From Arcobacteraceae bacterium (GTDB lineage: Bacteria > Campylobacterota > Campylobacteria > Campylobacterales > Arcobacteraceae): a DNA stretch of 64,000 nucleotides. The position numbers were made by a program, and so were the translations under genes. Below the pieces are notes generated by a model. That model was not told the DNA's origin. It did not search any database and saw only the letters and a list, made by a program, of their open reading frames with translations. The stretch lies in assembly GCA_965224485.1 (NCBI GenBank), contig CBDCZH010000015.1, forward strand, positions 352,001 through 416,000, written 5' to 3'. Shown here one piece after another: positions 62,784 to 64,000 of the stretch. Positions within the stretch are counted from its first letter, which is position 1, and each line of letters opens with the position of its first letter.

Positions 62784-63745
62784 TTTATATTTGGACTAAA
62801 ATCCCAAAAAGTACCTTCTTGCAACTTGGTACTTTTTCCAACAAGTTTAGTCCCTCCCATTTTGGATAATATATTAAATACTTTTTTTGCTGCATCTTTT
62901 TCTTTATTACTAAAACTCTTAGGAATTCCAGCCTTATAACCTTCAATTAAAGAATGATATACTTTCTCATTTTTAACCTTCATTTGTTTTTTTAAACTTT
63001 TCCACCCTATTCCATCATTTAAAAGTTTTTTAGTTTCATAAGAAGCCTGTAAAAATGCATTAATTAATTTTTTATTTTCATTTGCAAATTTTTGTGAGAA
63101 AACCCAACCAATTATAGGAATTTCTTCTTCTATTCCAAACTCTAATAAGATAGTTTTCATTGATAAAATATTTTTCATTCCTTTTGCTTTTAATCTTGCG
63201 TTAAAATGCCAAAAATTAATAATCCCAGATAAAGAAGAATCTAAAATCTTTTTATTTAAAATTGGAGGGGAAGCAAAAGTAACGTTTACAATATCTTTTA
63301 AATCTTTTTTGTATTTCTTTAGACTATAAGCTCTTGTTATTAACCATGTTTTACTTACAGCTCCACCAGAAACCCCTAATCTTTTATTCTCTAAGTCTAA
63401 AATGGAAGAAATATTATCTTTGGGGTTTACATATAAACCTCCTACTGCTTTAGAATAAGGATAAAATGTAAAATCAGCTCCAGCTGCTCTTTGCCTTGAG
63501 ACCCAAATAAAATCACTTACAATAATATCAACATCATTTGCTTGAAGAGCAATTGATACTGCATTTTTTGAAGCTAGTTTTTTAACTTCTAAATCAATTC
63601 CATATTTAAGTGCAAGTTTTTTCTTTTGCATAAGACTTAATTCCCAGTTTACTGTTCCATAAGCTAAAATACCAAGTCTTAATTTCTTTAAAGCATAGGC
63701 ATTTGTTGTAAATACATATAATAAAACTATTAGTAAAATTTTCAT
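62777..63745 (-). CDS. SsuA/THI5-type substrate-binding protein, PqqT-like (candidate PQQ binding)
   Basis: YGTVNWEL, VSDFIWVSRQR, PYS.AVG, GG..SKTW and FWHF.ARL; I recall this family from PQQ-dehydrogenase loci. Confidence 0.6.
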   Translation of the reverse strand: MKILLIVLLYVFTTNAYALKKLRLGILAYGTVNWELSLMQKKKLALKYGIDLEVKKLASKNAVSIALQANDVDIIVSDFIWVSRQRAAGADFTFYPYSKAVGGLYVNPKDNISSILDLENKRLGVSGGAVSKTWLITRAYSLKKYKKDLKDIVNVTFASPPILNKKILDSSLSGIINFWHFNARLKAKGMKNILSMKTILLEFGIEEEIPIIGWVFSQKFANENKKLINAFLQASYETKKLLNDGIGWKSLKKQMKVKNEKVYHSLIEGYKAGIPKSFSNKEKDAAKKVFNILSKMGGTKLVGKSTKLQEGTFWDFSPNIKW

Positions 63746-63768
63746 GAGTTCTCCATCAAGTTTTTTTA

Positions 63769-63853
63769 ATTGTATTGTTATTTTATAGCCTGATTATAGC
63801 AATAATTATTTTTTAAAGAACGCTATAATCAGGCTATAAAGAGAATATATACT
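63769..63853. promoter_or_regulatory. Back-to-back alcohol-regulon promoters forming a perfect 19-bp inverted repeat
   Basis: tttatagcctgattatagc (63782-800) and gctataatcaggctataaa (63822-40); -10 boxes TACAAT (minus, 63769-74) and TATACT (plus, 63848-53), each 9 bp from the repeat. Confidence 0.8.
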
Positions 63854-63881
63854 TCTTAAATATAAATATTTAAGGATCAAA

Positions 63882-64000
63882 ATGAAAAAGTTAAAATATA
63901 TAAGTTTAGCACTAGTAACCCTATTTACCTTTGGTTTTTCCCATGGAGATGTAGTTCCTCAAGCTGTTGATACACAAGGACTAAAAAAAGTTGATGCAAG
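63882..64000 (+). CDS. pedF: Cytochrome c550 PedF/ExaB-like, truncated by the window end
   Basis: Read by hand: MKKLKYISLALVTLFTFGFS-HGDVVPQAVDTQGL matches the HGDVTPQAVDTxGL mature N-terminus of ExaB/PedF; AAGGA RBS; haem motif lies outside the window. Confidence 0.8.
   Translation, partial: MKKLKYISLALVTLFTFGFSHGDVVPQAVDTQGLKKVDA

Noticed and set aside
63782..63840. Perfect 19-bp inverted repeat read as a MITE, IS end or terminator
   Set aside because: It lies between divergent genes and each arm is a regulon box at the fixed distance from a -10; no transposase or target duplication is present

Overview
Very AT-rich bacterial DNA; gene content, AAGGA ribosome-binding sites and TAnnnT -10 boxes suggest Campylobacterota, probably Arcobacteraceae (inference). 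There are three blocks. (1) 1-7.7 kb: housekeeping genes (LapG-like peptidase, pabC, pabB, pyrB, argD, TolC) plus a hydrolase/ATP-grasp pair. (2) 7.8-35.5 kb: an iron-acquisition island with no biosynthetic or mobility genes. It has three paralogous AraC/TonB-receptor divergent modules, a haem/haemoglobin-type receptor flanked by ~42-bp direct repeats, a methyltransferase, RhtX/YbtX-like MFS permeases, YbtPQ-like ABC importers, mntP, DUF4198 and an unusual feoA-feoB-small periplasmic protein-ABC ATPase-DUF4857 operon. Six of its promoters share one geometry: -10 box, Fur-like box, then a 15-mer repeated at 21-bp period. (3) 39-64 kb: an alcohol-oxidation locus. It contains a PedH/ExaF-type PQQ alcohol dehydrogenase with the lanthanide-diagnostic D-x-D motif and a lipobox, pqqABCDE (24-aa pqqA missed by the ORF track), a PedA1A2BC-like ABC system, a PqqT-like ABC system, cytochrome c550 PedF (truncated), an aldehyde dehydrogenase and a FIST-domain kinase/OmpR-type regulator pair. 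Seven promoters in this block share the element GCTATA-N5-GCTATA-N9-TAnnnT. Many genes carry small frameshifts, densest at 38-44 kb, most likely assembly errors. No tRNA, rRNA, CRISPR or IS element was recognised.
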